From positions 12,685 through 76,684 of IMG/VR virus record IMGVR_UViG_3300032164_000004: 64,000 nucleotides of DNA. One strand, written 5' to 3'. Both the position numbers and the translations under genes were made by a program. This document shows positions 48,000 to 57,243 of this stretch, piece by piece. The notes beneath the pieces are model-generated. The model saw only the letters and a program-made list of their open reading frames with translations. It was not told the DNA's origin and searched no databases. Source of the stretch: a virus. The first letter of the stretch is position 1. Each line of letters starts with the position of its first letter.

Positions 48000-48039
48000 T
48001 GGGAACATTAATTGTGTTTATTTCCGATTAATGTTCCCA
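48000..48039. terminator. hairpin after tRNA-Asn
   Basis: TGGGAACATTAAT...ATTAATGTTCCCA 13-bp inverted repeat. Confidence 0.5.
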
Positions 48040-48239
48040 AAACATTCTTCTTGCAACCTACACATAAACATGCTATAATCATAGTATGAAAGTATTTTTT
48101 AGTTTAGCTTTAGATATGACAGCGGCAATTATTGCCGCTGGTACTATGGTTTTTATATTAAAAAGGCTAATGTTAAGGTTCGTAATTATTTAAAAAATCA
48201 AAAGGGAACTAATAGTTTTGGTCCCGGTGGGAAATATTA

Positions 48240-48473
48240 ATGAATATAGTATATGTACATTATGGTGATATTGGTGAAATTGCCGTATTTCTTTGTGATG
48301 GTAAAAAACTGTCTTTTCAAGGTGTATATGAAAATTTGGCAGCGTTTTATGTGCTTTGGAAAGAAAAGAATGTGAAAAAGAATTGGAATATTACTCCTAA
48401 ACTTAGTTTGGAGCAATGGATTCAATTAAAGATTGGACAAGTCTTGAATCCGATCTTTGGGCAGGTGGCGTAA
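48240..48473 (+). CDS. hypothetical protein
   Basis: Short ORF overlapping tRNA-Leu. Confidence 0.4.
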   Translation: MNIVYVHYGDIGEIAVFLCDGKKLSFQGVYENLAAFYVLWKEKNVKKNWNITPKLSLEQWIQLKIGQVLNPIFGQVA

Positions 48474-48546
48474 TTTGGCAGCCGCGCTAGCCTTAGAAGC
48501 TAGTGGGAGGAATCCCGTGAGAGTTCAAGTCTCTCCTTGCCCACCA
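48459..48546 (+). tRNA. tRNA-Leu(UAG)
   Basis: CTAGC-CTTAGAA-GCTAG, variable arm, CCA. Confidence 0.92.
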
Positions 48547-48553
48547 AAAAAAT

Positions 48554-48760
48554 ATGAAACACCTAAATAATGGATTAAACTTGGCGTTGGGTTTGTTGAT
48601 TTTACATAGATGTACTCCTGGTGATTTTTGTGTTCAACCCGAACACGATTTTGTGTTTGCTGGCCTAAATGCTATACCAAATACAGAAGAGAAATATGTA
48701 TTAGAAGGTCTGGGTTGGGAAGAAGATTTGTATTTTGAATGTTGGGTATATAGGATTTAA
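48554..48760 (+). CDS. hypothetical protein
   Basis: EHD...LEGLGW..D motif. Confidence 0.45.
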   Translation: MKHLNNGLNLALGLLILHRCTPGDFCVQPEHDFVFAGLNAIPNTEEKYVLEGLGWEEDLYFECWVYRI

Positions 48761-48764
48761 AAAG

Positions 48765-49376
48765 ATGAAAAAATTATTTACTTTTATTGTTTTAACGTTT
48801 GGATTGATGTTAACGCCAGCGTTTGCGGATATGGTTACTGTGAAGTATGTTGGCAGTCAAGGTGTTGTTTATAATAGTTATTGGACAGGTCCTTCATCAC
48901 TATTAGTGGATAATGATCCTGTAACAGGATTGTGTTTCGATTTTGAACACGGCATTCGTTTAAATGATATTTGGACAGCTAATGTGGTTTCAATGCACGA
49001 TTTGGCAACATATACTCCGGCTTATCATTATGGTGAAGTTAATTGGTTAGATAAGTATGAAAAGATTGCTTGGCTTGGGAACCAAATGTCATTGAATCCT
49101 TCTTCGCAATATGGACCAATTCAATGGGCTATTTGGAGTCAGTTGACACCAATAACTCCTAATGTGGCCACACAAAGTTGGATAACTGCCGCAAATGTAG
49201 CGCATACTAATGGTATTCCAACATATAATGTGGATTTTTTGTTTCCTGTAACAGAATGTAAGGGACAAGCATTTATGATTCCTTCGACGGTTCCGGAACC
49301 AAATAGTATCGTGCTGTTAAGTGCGGGATTAGTTTTAATTGCAATTGGAAGTATTAGGCGTAAGTTGACATCGTAA
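48765..49376 (+). CDS. PEP-CTERM sorting domain protein
   Basis: Signal peptide ending PAFA-D; QWAIW; C-terminal VPEP + TM helix + RRK. Confidence 0.88.
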   Translation: MKKLFTFIVLTFGLMLTPAFADMVTVKYVGSQGVVYNSYWTGPSSLLVDNDPVTGLCFDFEHGIRLNDIWTANVVSMHDLATYTPAYHYGEVNWLDKYEKIAWLGNQMSLNPSSQYGPIQWAIWSQLTPITPNVATQSWITAANVAHTNGIPTYNVDFLFPVTECKGQAFMIPSTVPEPNSIVLLSAGLVLIAIGSIRRKLTS

Positions 49377-49393
49377 TGAGTTTGATATATAAT
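49365..49393 (+). promoter_or_regulatory. consensus sigma70 promoter for the tRNA-Phe/Trp unit
   Basis: TTGACA-17-TATAAT. Confidence 0.8.
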
Positions 49394-49450
49394 AGTAGTA
49401 TGACAATTAATCTACATCTTTGGCGATTTACCATCTAGCTCTCCGAATGG

Positions 49451-49523
49451 GGCTAGATGGTGTAACTGGTGTGCATACCGGTCTGAAAAACCGAGGGTGA
49501 CAGTTCGATTCTGTCTCTGGCCA
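49451..49523 (+). tRNA. tRNA-Phe(GAA)
   Basis: GGCTAGA/TCTGGCC, CGGT-CTGAAAA-ACCG. Confidence 0.88.
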
Positions 49524-49531
49524 CCTTATGC

Positions 49532-49606
49532 GGGAGAGTAGTTTAATTGGCAGAATAATGGACTCCAAACCCATTGGTCCGAGATCGTGGCTCGGTTCTC
49601 CCGCCA
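49532..49606 (+). tRNA. tRNA-Trp(CCA), atypical T-loop
   Basis: ATGG(A)-CTCCAAA-(C)CCAT; T-arm CCGAG-ATCGTGG-CTCGG; CCA. Confidence 0.8.
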
Positions 49607-49627
49607 TTATATTAGGAAAATTAAATT

Positions 49628-49840
49628 ATGACTTGTTTAGAATATTTGAATGAAGAAATTTTAAAAGAAGGTTTTGGTTCAGTTAGATATACTGAAGAGG
49701 AATGTCAAGACCTGATTATAGAATCCCACCGTTATATTAGAGAAAACGCATTAAAACTTAACAGATTTAGGAGAAATTTAACTAAGTGGCAGTATTTTTG
49801 CCTTTACTTAGCTAATATTGATATTTGGAATTTAAAATGA
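49628..49840 (+). CDS. hypothetical protein
   Basis: Short ORF coupled to gp43A. Confidence 0.4.
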   Translation: MTCLEYLNEEILKEGFGSVRYTEEECQDLIIESHRYIRENALKLNRFRRNLTKWQYFCLYLANIDIWNLK

Positions 49841-51324
49841 GATTTTATACTAATGTACAAGTGAGTGGTGATAATATTTTGATTCGTGAAGTGGTAAATG
49901 GAAAAAGAAAAAAGCGTAAAGAACAATATAATCCTACACTTTACGTACCATCATCCAAGAAAACACAATTCAAAACTCTTAATGGAGATTATGTTGAACC
50001 AATAAAACCTGGGTCGATGTACGAAACGAGAGAGTGGATTAAGAGTTATGATAATGTTAGTGGGTTTGAAATTTTCGGACAAACAGCATATCAATACGCT
50101 TGGATAGCAGATGAGTTTCCAGAAGAAACCGTAGAATACGATATTAAGGATATTTGTACAGTATCTTTAGATATTGAATGTGAGAGTGAAAGAGGCTTTC
50201 CATCTCCTGAAACAGCAACCGAACGAATAAATGCTATCACTATTCGGGACATACAAAAGAAACAGACATATACTTTTGGATTGATTAAACCATATAGTAG
50301 TGATAATCCTGAAAGCGTATATTTCCAATGTTTTACGGAAGAAGATTTGTTGACCAAATTTATAGATATGTGGAATATAATTTCTCCAGATATTGTAACT
50401 GGTTGGTCAATTAGTTTCTTTGATATACCATATCTTGTTAATCGTATAAAAAAACTTTTAGGTGAAGATGAAGCGAAGCGTTTATCTCCATGGAATAGAT
50501 TGCGAGAAATCACTGTTGCGTTCATGAATAAGGATGTCCAAAGTTATGAAATATCGGGGATATCTATTATTGATTATTTGCGGATTTATAAGAAATATAC
50601 TTTTGCGTCTAGGGAGAATTATCAATTAGGTTATATTACGCAATTGGAATTAGGTAAGACTAAGGTAGACCATACCGAATATGATAGTATGAGCCTATTC
50701 TATAAGAACGATTGGCAAAAGTTTATTACATATAATATCGAGGATGCGTTACTTGTTGAGGAATTGGAGAAAAAATTAAAGTTAATTGATTTAACTTTAA
50801 TGGTAGCATACCAGGCGCATATCAACTATGAGGATGTTATATCTCAGGTAAGAACTTGGGATACGATCATTTATAATTATCTGAAACGTGATAATATAGT
50901 AATTCCTCAAAAGATTCATATGAGTAAAGATACTCAGTATGCTGGTGCATATGTTAAGGAACCAAAAGTTGGATTGCATAAATGGGTTGTTTCGTTTGAT
51001 ATAATTTCGCTTTATCCTTCCATTATAAAGTGCTTAAACATCGGTACAGAAACTAAAATTAATGATTTGTTTTGGGGTCCATGTGGGCCTGATATTTTGT
51101 TGGATAAAAAAGAATCATTTGAGTCATCATTGTCCACAGCCACCAATAGCAATTATACTCTTGCTGTTAATGGTGTGTATTATAAGAAAGATAGGATTAG
51201 TTTTTATTCCAAAATGATTGAGAAGCTATTTAATGATCGCGTCGAATATAGGAAAAAAGCAAAGGAAGCAAAATTAGAGATGAATAGGATTGATGAGGAA
51301 ATAAAATGTAGAGGAGTGAAATAA
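49837..51324 (+). CDS. gp43: family B DNA polymerase, N-terminal subunit (exonuclease plus palm motif A)
   Basis: MRFYTNV, SLDIEC, FFDIPYL, YNIED, SFDIISLYPSII; stops in the fingers domain. Confidence 0.93.
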   Translation: MRFYTNVQVSGDNILIREVVNGKRKKRKEQYNPTLYVPSSKKTQFKTLNGDYVEPIKPGSMYETREWIKSYDNVSGFEIFGQTAYQYAWIADEFPEETVEYDIKDICTVSLDIECESERGFPSPETATERINAITIRDIQKKQTYTFGLIKPYSSDNPESVYFQCFTEEDLLTKFIDMWNIISPDIVTGWSISFFDIPYLVNRIKKLLGEDEAKRLSPWNRLREITVAFMNKDVQSYEISGISIIDYLRIYKKYTFASRENYQLGYITQLELGKTKVDHTEYDSMSLFYKNDWQKFITYNIEDALLVEELEKKLKLIDLTLMVAYQAHINYEDVISQVRTWDTIIYNYLKRDNIVIPQKIHMSKDTQYAGAYVKEPKVGLHKWVVSFDIISLYPSIIKCLNIGTETKINDLFWGPCGPDILLDKKESFESSLSTATNSNYTLAVNGVYYKKDRISFYSKMIEKLFNDRVEYRKKAKEAKLEMNRIDEEIKCRGVK

Positions 51325-51354
51325 AACGAGGCCGTGGGAAAGGGTGGATAGCTT

Positions 51355-52446
51355 ATGGACTTGGTAAGTCTAACGGACAAAGAGTTAATTGATTATAAAG
51401 AACAGAAAAAACAAGAAAACCAAAGATATGAAATAAAACAACAGGCAACCAAGATCCAATTAAACTCGTTATATGGAGGGATGGGATCGCCATGGTTTCG
51501 GTACTTTGATGTACAAAATGCTGAAGCTGTTACGTTAACCGGGCAATTCATTATTCGATATATTGAGCGGGAAATGAATGCTTACCTAAATAGAGTTTTT
51601 AAGACTAAGGATAAAACATACGTTATTTATAGTGATACGGATAGCATCTATGTAACCTTAGATGAAATAGTAAGTAAAGTATTTCCAGATGAATTGGATA
51701 TAAAGAAGGTCGTATTATTTTTAGGTAAGGTTTGTATTGATAAACTCGAACCAGAATTAGATCGTTTATTTAAAGAGATCACGGAAAGATACTTGAATGG
51801 TATGCCTGGCCACTTGAAGATGAAGCGAGAAGTTATTGCTAATAAGGCTATTTGGACAGGTAAGAAACGTTATATTTTGAATGTATATGATAATGAAGGT
51901 GAGGTTTTAGAAAAACCTAAATTAAAAGTACAAGGTATTGAAATTAAAAAGTCCACTGTTCCAAAATTTTGTAAAGTTAAAATGGAAGAAGCTATAAACA
52001 TTATCATGAATGTTGGTGATAATGATGTTTTGATTAAGTTTATAGAACAGGCTAGAGAAGAGTTTAATGACCTTCCGGCTGAAGATGTTTCGTCTCCCAG
52101 GGGAGTAACTGGACTAGAAAAATATTCAAAAGCAGATAAATCGGTCCCCTTGCATACCAGAGGGGCATTGTTGTATAATAGTTATATAGATTCGCTCAAT
52201 TTATCTATGAAGTATCAAAAAATTATGGAGGGCGAGAAGATAAAGTATGTTTATCTAAAAGTTCCGAATCCGACGAAAGATAAAGTTATAGGATTTTTAA
52301 CCAAATTACCTCCTGAATTTAAATTGGATGAGTATGTGGATTATGATGTTCAGTTTGAGAAGAATTTTATCGAACCTTTAAATGCGATTCTGAAAGTTAT
52401 TGGTTGGGATTGGGAAAAGAAGTCTAGTTTGAGTCGGTTCTTTTGA
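51355..52446 (+). CDS. gp43: family B DNA polymerase, C-terminal subunit
   Basis: KIQLNSLYG, YSDTDS, KKRYILN. Confidence 0.93.
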   Translation: MDLVSLTDKELIDYKEQKKQENQRYEIKQQATKIQLNSLYGGMGSPWFRYFDVQNAEAVTLTGQFIIRYIEREMNAYLNRVFKTKDKTYVIYSDTDSIYVTLDEIVSKVFPDELDIKKVVLFLGKVCIDKLEPELDRLFKEITERYLNGMPGHLKMKREVIANKAIWTGKKRYILNVYDNEGEVLEKPKLKVQGIEIKKSTVPKFCKVKMEEAINIIMNVGDNDVLIKFIEQAREEFNDLPAEDVSSPRGVTGLEKYSKADKSVPLHTRGALLYNSYIDSLNLSMKYQKIMEGEKIKYVYLKVPNPTKDKVIGFLTKLPPEFKLDEYVDYDVQFEKNFIEPLNAILKVIGWDWEKKSSLSRFF

Positions 52447-52450
52447 TTAT

Positions 52451-53185
52451 ATGTCGTTTATTTTTGGAATTGATGATTTTGAGTATTATAAAATTATGGA
52501 TATATGTTTAGTTGAAAGGTGTTTATTGTGTGATAGTATGGGTAAAATGGAATGCGATGCTCATGGTGGATATATTAAAACTTATTCCGGATTTGATCTA
52601 TTTCCAGAACATCCGGATCCAAAAAGTATTTGTATAGAGGATATAGCTAATGCTTTATCCAAAATTTGTAGGTGGGGTGGGCATATAAGTGAATTTTATT
52701 CGGTCGCACAACATAGTATATTGGTGTCCAGATTATGTGAAGATGAAAATGCTTTAGTAGGTTTATTACATGATGCGTCTGAAGCTTATTATGGAGATAT
52801 GGTAAGACCTTTAAAATATTTACCTCAAATGCAGATATTTAGGGATTTTGAAAAGTCTTTATCTATCGCTATAGCCAAAGCGTTAGGTTTAGATACAATT
52901 GAAAAGAACGAAAATGTGGATGATGCTGACCAAATGATGTTGGCTTTAGAATCTTTGAGATTTAGACATAATGATTGTACGTGGCCATTAGATATTGTTA
53001 CTGAGCTTGAACCAAAGCTTAAAATGAGTAATATATCAAATTGGCTTAGAAATGGACTATTGGTGAATGTATTAAGTCCTAAGCACGCTAAAGATGAATT
53101 TTTATGGTATTATTACAAATTTACAGGAGATATATGGCAAGAAAAAGTAAAGAAAAAGATGATGGCTATTTCGGAGCAATGTTAG
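52451..53185 (+). CDS. HD-domain 5'-deoxynucleotidase-like protein
   Basis: IEDIANALS..CRWGGH, YSVAQHS, LLHDASEAY.GD. Confidence 0.85.
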   Translation: MSFIFGIDDFEYYKIMDICLVERCLLCDSMGKMECDAHGGYIKTYSGFDLFPEHPDPKSICIEDIANALSKICRWGGHISEFYSVAQHSILVSRLCEDENALVGLLHDASEAYYGDMVRPLKYLPQMQIFRDFEKSLSIAIAKALGLDTIEKNENVDDADQMMLALESLRFRHNDCTWPLDIVTELEPKLKMSNISNWLRNGLLVNVLSPKHAKDEFLWYYYKFTGDIWQEKVKKKMMAISEQC

Positions 53186-54210
53186 CGGAAACCAAAAATG
53201 AATATGCTTCTGTTGTAAAAGATGGTATTGTAGGTGATATTAAAAGTTATATTGATACTGGTAATTATGCGTTAAATGCTCTTTTATCTGGTAGTTTATA
53301 TGGTGGTATTCCTAATAATAAAATTATAACATTTGCTGGTGATCCATCAACGGGTAAAACGTGGTTTGTTTTGGGGATTGTTAAAAATTATTTAGAGCAA
53401 TTTAAGAATGCTGGAGTATTCTTTTTTGAATCTGAAGGAGCTTTAACTTCATCAATGATTTCTTCTAGAGGAATTGATACGAAACGAATGTTTATGTGTC
53501 CTGTCGAAACCATTGAAGATTTTAAAACACAGGCTTTACGGATTGTAAATAAGCAATTGGAGATTCCTGAAGCTGACCGAAGACCGATAATGATATGTCT
53601 TGATTCTCTCGGTATGTTATCATCTACAAAGGAAATGGAAGATACGGCATCCGGAAGTGATAAAGCAGACATGACAAAGGCGCGGTCAATTAAAGCCGCA
53701 CTTCGGACTTTAACATTACGTTGTGCTAAAGCTGAAATTCCGGTTTTGATAACTAACCACGTTTATAATGCTATTAGTTATATTCCAACAAAAACTATGG
53801 GTGGTGGTATGGGTATTGTATTTGCCGCTGCAATAGTTGTGTTTTTAAGTAAGTCAAAAATAAAGGATGAAGATAAAGCGGTTATAGGGACAACTATTAC
53901 TTGTGTTACGAATAAGAGTAGGTTAACTAGAGAATTCCAAAGATGTCAAGTTCAATTAATTTTTGAATCAGGATTAAGAAAATATTCTGGACTTTTAGAA
54001 TTGGGTGAGAAATATGGTGTTATTAAAAAAGATGGACATGGATGGTTATTTCCTAGTGGTGTTAAAGTTAAGTTAAAAGATTTGGAAGAGTCTCCTGATG
54101 TATATTTCACAGATGAAGTTTTAGCTGCTTTGGAACCATGCGCTATAGCCGAATATTGTTATGGTACAGGTGCACCTTCAGATGAAACGGAAGAGGTAGA
54201 AAATGAGTAA
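53134..54210 (+). CDS. uvsX: RecA-like recombinase UvsX
   Basis: DTGNYALNALLSGS, AGDPSTGKT, DSLGML, TNHVY. Confidence 0.95.
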   Translation: MARKSKEKDDGYFGAMLAETKNEYASVVKDGIVGDIKSYIDTGNYALNALLSGSLYGGIPNNKIITFAGDPSTGKTWFVLGIVKNYLEQFKNAGVFFFESEGALTSSMISSRGIDTKRMFMCPVETIEDFKTQALRIVNKQLEIPEADRRPIMICLDSLGMLSSTKEMEDTASGSDKADMTKARSIKAALRTLTLRCAKAEIPVLITNHVYNAISYIPTKTMGGGMGIVFAAAIVVFLSKSKIKDEDKAVIGTTITCVTNKSRLTREFQRCQVQLIFESGLRKYSGLLELGEKYGVIKKDGHGWLFPSGVKVKLKDLEESPDVYFTDEVLAALEPCAIAEYCYGTGAPSDETEEVENE

Positions 54211-54505
54211 ACCACTTTATGTTTTTGTAGATAAAGAGAATGAGGAATTTGCAGCCATCAAATTAAAGGATCCTAGATATGATGGTTTGATTTACCATTA
54301 TGGTAAAATTGGATTTAAACCCGAAGAAGAATTGGATAGAATGAAAATTATATTCGATTTTGAAGTTATAGAAAATCCTAAAAATTTAACGAATGATGAT
54401 TTTAATAATCAGGATTTTATAGATTTGTTGGGGGATATTATTATTGATATTCTTTCATCTTCGATAACGGAACAAAAAGAAATTTTAAGAGGAAACGTTA
54501 AGTAA
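54203..54505 (+). CDS. conserved protein at gp40 position
   Basis: Between uvsX and gp41; IYHYGKI..FDFEVI..LGDIIIDIL. Confidence 0.5.
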   Translation: MSKPLYVFVDKENEEFAAIKLKDPRYDGLIYHYGKIGFKPEEELDRMKIIFDFEVIENPKNLTNDDFNNQDFIDLLGDIIIDILSSSITEQKEILRGNVK

Positions 54506-54619
54506 TGTGGCATACGTTTTGTTATTTGTGTGGTACGGATATCTATATTGAGAAATATGATGATCTCCTCTGCGATTTGTGTTATGATAAGTTGGATGAT
54601 GAAGATGAAAAAATAAAAA

Positions 54620-56002
54620 ATGCCGATCTCGAAAACCATTTTACGAAATTTAATCCACGATGAAGATTATGCCAGAAAATCATTACCATTCTTAAAAGAT
54701 CTATACTTTGAAGATCCTTCGGAACGGGCGATCTTTTTAAGTATTAACGAATTTATTGTAAAATACAATACATTACCCTCAATTGAAGCTTTACAAATTG
54801 CCATAGCGCAACAAAAGATAACCGAATCACAAATCGGAAATATAGCCGAAATTCTTAATTCTTTGAAGGTTAGAGAAGAAAAGGATATTTCCGAATGGCT
54901 TATAGATGAAACGGAAAAGTTTTGTCAGGAGAGAGCCATCGATATTGCTTTGTATGAGGCAATAGAAATAAGTAATGGTGAATCTAAAACTAAGGATAAA
55001 GGTTCTATCCCTAAGATTTTAGCCGATGCTCTTGCAGTTAGTTTTGATCCTCATGTAGGCCACAATTATATAGAAGATTCGGAAAAACGATTCGAATTTT
55101 ATCATACAGTAGAAAAAAGAGTACCATTCGATTTAAAATATTTCAATACCATTACAAATGGTGGCTTGCCTTTGAAAACTTTAAATATTATTATGGGTGG
55201 TATTGGTGTGGGTAAAACGTTAGCTATGTGTCATATGGCTGCTGGTGCCATGAGTATGGGGTTTGATGTTTTGTACATCACACTTGAGATGTCCGAAGAA
55301 CGAATTGCGGAACGGATTGATGCTAATTTATTAGATGTGGAATTAGATTTATTGAAGGATTTACCAAAAGATGTTTATATGAAACGGATAAGTCGTATCC
55401 GAGAAAAGACTGTTGGTAAATTAATCATAAAGGAATATCCTACGGCTAGTGCTCATGTCGGGCATTTTCGGCATTTATTAAATGAGTTATTCTTAAAGAA
55501 GAATTTTAAACCTAAAATAATTTACGTAGATTATATAAATATTTGCGCCTCATCCAGAATGAAGATGGGTGGTTCGGTAAACACTTACAGTTTTATTAAA
55601 TCTGTAGCGGAAGAGTTGCGAGGATTGGCTGTAGAATTTGGTGTTCCTATCGTATCAGGAACTCAATTGACTAGATCAGGATTTACAAATTCGGATCCTG
55701 GAATGGAAGATACAGCGGAATCGTTTGGACTTCCGGCCACTGCCGATTTTGTTGTTGTAATAGTTCAGGATGAAAGTCTTGAGCAATTGGGTCAGATGAT
55801 GGTAAAACAAATTAAAAATCGTTATAGGGATAAAGCAAAAAATCGTAAGTTTATTATAGGTGTTGATAAGCCAAAAATGCGTATGTTTGATGTTGATCCC
55901 GCCGCACAAAATTTGGTTGATGGTGAATTAGATATGACAGAACCTAATAAAAAACGGTTTGATAAGAAGGAAAAATTTAAAGGTTTTAAGTTTGGAGAAT
56001 AA
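54620..56002 (+). CDS. gp41: replicative helicase
   Basis: GGIGVGKT, YITLEMSEE, IKEYPT, VDYINIC, ESFGLPATAD. Confidence 0.95.
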   Translation: MPISKTILRNLIHDEDYARKSLPFLKDLYFEDPSERAIFLSINEFIVKYNTLPSIEALQIAIAQQKITESQIGNIAEILNSLKVREEKDISEWLIDETEKFCQERAIDIALYEAIEISNGESKTKDKGSIPKILADALAVSFDPHVGHNYIEDSEKRFEFYHTVEKRVPFDLKYFNTITNGGLPLKTLNIIMGGIGVGKTLAMCHMAAGAMSMGFDVLYITLEMSEERIAERIDANLLDVELDLLKDLPKDVYMKRISRIREKTVGKLIIKEYPTASAHVGHFRHLLNELFLKKNFKPKIIYVDYINICASSRMKMGGSVNTYSFIKSVAEELRGLAVEFGVPIVSGTQLTRSGFTNSDPGMEDTAESFGLPATADFVVVIVQDESLEQLGQMMVKQIKNRYRDKAKNRKFIIGVDKPKMRMFDVDPAAQNLVDGELDMTEPNKKRFDKKEKFKGFKFGE

Positions 56003-56264
56003 TATGACCGAAACAGAATTACGAGAGCTTTTTGACAGAATAATGAAAACTTTGGATAAACTAATATCGGATGTAAATGAATTAAAGAAATGCCAAATTA
56101 CACATCACCATTACCATTATGGGTATCAGGTCCCAGACCATTACCATTATGGGTATCAGGTCCCAGAAATACAATATATACCAATTGTGCCATTGACGGC
56201 ACCACCTAATACACCAACAATATATCCTTATATAACTTGCTTTAACGCACAATCGCCTGTTTGA
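55959..56264 (+). CDS. hypothetical protein with internal duplication
   Basis: HYHYGYQVP occurs twice. Confidence 0.45.
   Translation: MIRRKNLKVLSLENNMTETELRELFDRIMKTLDKLISDVNELKKCQITHHHYHYGYQVPDHYHYGYQVPEIQYIPIVPLTAPPNTPTIYPYITCFNAQSPV
56108..56167. repeat. 30-bp tandem duplication
   Basis: CCATTACCATTATGGGTATCAGGTCCCAGA x2. Confidence 0.9.
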
Positions 56265-56320
56265 TTTTTCTTTGATAGTATGCTATACTAGTTAAGTAGA
56301 TTATGATTAGCGAATATTGT

Positions 56321-56404
56321 GGGCGAGTGGCGGAATTGGCAGACGCGACGGACTTAAAATCCGTTGGGAGATATCCCTTTAGGGTTCAAGTCCCTCCTTG
56401 CCTA
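56321..56404 (+). tRNA. tRNA-Leu(UAA)
   Basis: ACGGA-CTTAAAA-TCCGT, variable arm. Confidence 0.9.
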
Positions 56405-56418
56405 CAAAGGAAAATATA

Positions 56419-57243
56419 ATGCAAAAAGCTATTAAAATGGCAGTTCCACTTAACTATAGTGAAGAACAGATTACTCATGTGGTAGCTAAACGTGAGGTTT
56501 TTGATGTTTTAAATTTGAGTGAGGGGGATATATGGGTTACGGGTTCTTTTTGTAAAAATCCGATAAGTATACCTATCAGAGACATTGATTTCATTGTGTT
56601 CCGTGGTAGCGAACAAATAGCGAATTTAACACTTGAGCAAATAAAAGAAAAGTTGAAAATTGGGATAAATCCACCGGAGATTAGAATATTAAAGAACCTT
56701 AATATTATATCATTTGCTTTCCCTATTTACGATTCGGCGAACGGTCGAACGGATAGGTGGTGTCAAATTGACCTCATATTCGTTGATAATATATCCTACG
56801 CATCATGGTTTTATCTATCGACTAGAGATTCTAATTATAAAGGTGCACACAGGAATATTTTACTTTCTGTTATTGCGTCATTGATTAAATTAAATGTGGT
56901 TAAAAAATATGAAAATATTCCTGTTCGATGGAATAGATTATATTTAGAACCCGGTGGACTATATTGGGGCATACAGTCTATCGAGGGAAAAAGTGGAAAA
57001 CCTACGACAACAAGGACGACGTTGAAAAAAGAATTTATTAGTAATAAACTCGGAGAAGTTATCAAAGAGATTCTTGGGGAAAATGCTTCCAGTCATGATA
57101 CTGATTCTTTTGAACGAGTTTATAACTTTATAAAATCTCCCAAATTTCCATATAAAAAATATGTACCCATTATTTTGAAACGAGTAAAGGAAATTTATGA
57201 AAATGCGGAGATGATAATTCCTGAGGAAATAAAGAATGTTTAA
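56419..57243 (+). CDS. nucleotidyltransferase-like protein
   Basis: TGS...RDIDF, CQIDL, YKGAHRN. Confidence 0.65.
   Translation: MQKAIKMAVPLNYSEEQITHVVAKREVFDVLNLSEGDIWVTGSFCKNPISIPIRDIDFIVFRGSEQIANLTLEQIKEKLKIGINPPEIRILKNLNIISFAFPIYDSANGRTDRWCQIDLIFVDNISYASWFYLSTRDSNYKGAHRNILLSVIASLIKLNVVKKYENIPVRWNRLYLEPGGLYWGIQSIEGKSGKPTTTRTTLKKEFISNKLGEVIKEILGENASSHDTDSFERVYNFIKSPKFPYKKYVPIILKRVKEIYENAEMIIPEEIKNV

Noticed and set aside
51322-51357. Intron, intein or readthrough joining the gp43 halves
   Set aside because: Gap is only 30 nt with two in-frame stops and no splicing motifs
52451-53185. DatZ of a 2-aminoadenine (Z-genome) pathway
   Set aside because: HD fold fits, but no purZ is visible in the window; generic nucleotidase is the safer call
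56108-56167. 30-bp duplication as a DGR or functional repeat
   Set aside because: Exact in-frame tandem copy, no adenine-specific variation and no reverse transcriptase
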